This document shows, in pieces, positions 62,138 through 64,000 of a DNA stretch of 64,000 nucleotides. Source of the DNA: Patescibacteria group bacterium (GTDB taxonomy: Bacteria; Patescibacteriota; Dojkabacteria; JAHIVN01); the NCBI GenBank assembly GCA_043816305.1, contig JBDRHZ010000043.1, positions 42,322 to 106,321 of the forward strand, read 5' to 3'. The position numbers and the translations under genes were made by a program. How positions within the stretch are numbered: the stretch's first letter is position 1; each line of letters opens with the position of its first letter. The notes under the pieces are model-generated. The model saw nothing but the letters and a program-made list of their open reading frames with translations. It was not told the origin of the DNA and did not search any database.

Positions 62138-62752
62138 TTACACTCTCTCTGCTATGTGCCGTAATCCCTCGAGCGTTCTCCAGACAGTATCTTGTTCTCT
62201 GCCGTAAAGATTCGCAGCTATAGTTGATATTCTTCTCTGATTTAATCCGGGCAATTGTTGCCTAACCTGGTCAACCGCAGAGAGAAACTGATAAATTGTT
62301 GAATGCCGATGGAGTATTGCCTGTGTTATTGAACCTGTAACATTGGGATTTTCTGAACTGATGAGGAGATTTAACAGAGGTAAATTCTTTGTTATTTCAA
62401 CTATCTTTGAAGTACTCCCGATTGATCGATAATAGGGATTTCCGTCTTGTAATTGATCCGGCCTTGCAACTAACTTCAATATCATATGCGCTGCTGCTGT
62501 ATAAGCACTTTCATCTTGCAGGACTTTGATCGCTGCACGGATTACTTCTGTGGAGAGAGCATCTGCTGAGAAAACTGGAGCTAACATACCTACACTAATA
62601 GTATTTACTCCATCTTCGAGTCGTGCTAAACAGCTCATTAGAGCTCTTTCCTGGGGAGATAGGTTTTCAGGGTTAAGCCTATTTGAAGCCCTTTTTTCAC
62701 GATCTACAACTCTTCCTTTTCTTGCAAGGACTTCCCAGAGTTCTTCAGTCAT
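62138..62752 (-). CDS. hypothetical 204-aa helical protein (atypical-composition ORFan), 10 nt downstream of the YhaM-like gene
   Basis: ATG rc 62750-62752. The stop of the upstream gene is at 62763-62765. Convergent with 61166..62131, with a 6-nt gap. Confidence 0.55.
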   Translation of the reverse strand: MTEELWEVLARKGRVVDREKRASNRLNPENLSPQERALMSCLARLEDGVNTISVGMLAPVFSADALSTEVIRAAIKVLQDESAYTAAAHMILKLVARPDQLQDGNPYYRSIGSTSKIVEITKNLPLLNLLISSENPNVTGSITQAILHRHSTIYQFLSAVDQVRQQLPGLNQRRISTIAANLYGREQDTVWRTLEGLRHIAERV

Positions 62753-62762
62753 AGCCAGTTCT

Positions 62763-63704
62763 CTAATCCAAATAAACTTGTGTTCCTATCCACTTCTGCC
62801 ACTCGGAGAAACCCGGATCGCGGCCTTCGCCAAGCTTGATAGCTTTCTGAAATTGCCGGATCTGGCTTGATGCATGGTCAACAAAGTGAACTATAGCAGC
62901 TTCGATAGTAGCCGGTTTGATAGGGGAGCCATTCTCGAGCTCGCCCTGGTGGGAAATAATGATATGTTCAAGCTTCATCCACAATTCGTCAGGAAATTCT
63001 TTCGGCAGATGATCTCGAGTAAGATCTATACCCAATACCAGGTGTCCGATTAAACGCCCTTTTGTTGTCCGGATAATAGCCGTCTTTTTCAATGCTAGTT
63101 CTTCAAGTTTCCCTATGTCATGGAGGATGATTCCTGCCACAACTAGATCCTTGTCTGCTTCCGGGTAGCTTTTCAGAAGAGGCTCTGACATATCAAGCAT
63201 TTCAAGGGTGTGTTCAAGCAGCCCGCCGACGAAATCATGATGTACTTTTTCTGCAGCCGGTGCTCTTTTATATTTCTTTACAAATACTTCGTCTCCAAAA
63301 ATATCTTTAAGCAGATTCTTGAGGTCCTTACTTTTAACATCATTTATGACAGCAAGAAGCTGTGAGTACATTTTTTCGAGGTCTTTGTCAGTCGATTGAA
63401 CTAAGTCTGAAATGTCATAGTCCTCCGTTTTATCAAGTTTCTTAAGGATCATTTGAAGTTGATCGTTATATGACTGAATTTGAGCGTCTACTTTTACAAC
63501 ATCTCCTGATTCGAGATTTTTTATATGACAATTGGGGAAATCATCCTGCCAGATTTTTGCTGAAACTTCTCCTGTTCGATCTTGAAGTACCAATCGATAG
63601 TAGGGGTTTTGTGCACGGGTTTTGTGCATTTGAACTTCTTCGACAGAGAAAACTTCATCGGTGATAAAGTCTCCGTCTTTCAAGTCTTTTACGAATATTT
63701 TCAT
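62763..63704 (-). CDS. YhaM-like 3'-5' exoribonuclease (OB-fold plus HD domain)
   Basis: N-terminal OB fold (YYRLVLQDRTGEVSAKIW), then HHDFVGGLLEHTL and IILHDIGK (HD domain). Confidence 0.8.
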   Translation of the reverse strand: MKIFVKDLKDGDFITDEVFSVEEVQMHKTRAQNPYYRLVLQDRTGEVSAKIWQDDFPNCHIKNLESGDVVKVDAQIQSYNDQLQMILKKLDKTEDYDISDLVQSTDKDLEKMYSQLLAVINDVKSKDLKNLLKDIFGDEVFVKKYKRAPAAEKVHHDFVGGLLEHTLEMLDMSEPLLKSYPEADKDLVVAGIILHDIGKLEELALKKTAIIRTTKGRLIGHLVLGIDLTRDHLPKEFPDELWMKLEHIIISHQGELENGSPIKPATIEAAIVHFVDHASSQIRQFQKAIKLGEGRDPGFSEWQKWIGTQVYLD

Positions 63705-63816
63705 GATAAGTAGATTAAAAGTTATTAGGTAACTAGGTAATTAAACTATTTAGCTGTTCTTTGCATTATACTAGGATCTCTCTCGTATGGGAATGGTTAT
63801 GCGAGGAATATGGAAT

Positions 63817-63844
63817 GGGTCGATGAGCTAGTGGGCTGATGAGC
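63817..63844. repeat. two tandem copies of GGGYYGATGAGC (GGGTCGATGAGC, GGGCTGATGAGC) followed by complementary GCTCAT words
   Basis: Copies at 63817-63828 and 63833-63844. GGGCTCATTTGCTCATATGCTCACC follows at 63863-63887. Confidence 0.7.
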
Positions 63845-63952
63845 TTATTAGTTACTGAGTTCGGGCTCATTTGCTCATATGCTCACCAGCTTGCTATAGA
63901 AAAATAGGGTGAGAGGATGGTATAATGGGATATCTTTATTTGAATTATATTT

Positions 63953-64000
63953 ATGAGCGGAGAAGGAGCACCAGAAGGAGAAAACACGGGGAGACAGAAT
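63953..64000 (+). CDS. 5' end of an ORF running off the right edge (MSGEGAPEGENTGRQN...)
   Basis: ATG 63953 lies 27 nt downstream of a TGGTATAAT extended -10 (63918-63926). Only 16 codons are visible. Confidence 0.3.
   Translation, partial: MSGEGAPEGENTGRQN

Overview
This is a 64-kb, gene-dense chromosomal window from a low-GC, streamlined bacterium. It spans the dnaA-dnaN replication origin. The gene content is most consistent with a Patescibacteria/CPR (Microgenomates-like) genome, which is inference only. That content includes three FemAB-family transferases, two Mur ligases, an ADP-forming acetyl-CoA synthetase, a 2-oxoacid:ferredoxin oxidoreductase and the AmmeMemoRadiSam trio. It also includes PcrA plus a UvrD/Cas4-like helicase-nuclease, several HTH-fusion regulators and tandem secreted glycosidase-like proteins with dockerin-like tails. 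Shine-Dalgarno sequences are almost absent. I saw no rRNA, tRNA, CRISPR array, transposase or integrase. The most unusual signal is a dispersed set of 12 ORFs at 7 loci. They are Arg/Gly/Ala-rich and Lys-poor, modestly GC-elevated, and have no family I can recognise, yet they sit between ordinary Lys-rich housekeeping genes. Three of these loci are multi-gene and are my best candidates for undescribed systems. The first is 9.5-12.5 kb: a P-loop NTPase translationally coupled to a winged-helix protein, plus a divergent ORFan and a zinc-ribbon mini-ORF. The second is 38.9-40.3 kb: three small proteins behind a hairpin leader. The third is 59.7-62.8 kb: three ORFans wedged between a helicase-nuclease and a YhaM-like HD exonuclease. 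Other observations: (1) a 2.7-kb cassette (M16 peptidase plus SUKH-type immunity genes) bounded by 33-nt direct repeats that duplicate the 3' end of the oxidoreductase beta gene; (2) two adjacent HTH-pseudoenzyme fusions (dNK-like and Nudix-like with degenerate catalytic motifs); (3) an A9 tract separating a membrane domain from a start-less MurF-like ligase; (4) a frameshifted HIT gene; (5) a 265-bp inverted-repeat-bounded structured element downstream of dnaN; (6) a recurrent GGGYYGATGAGC intergenic motif within cryptically simple spacers. All functional calls rest on motifs read by eye; no database search was possible.
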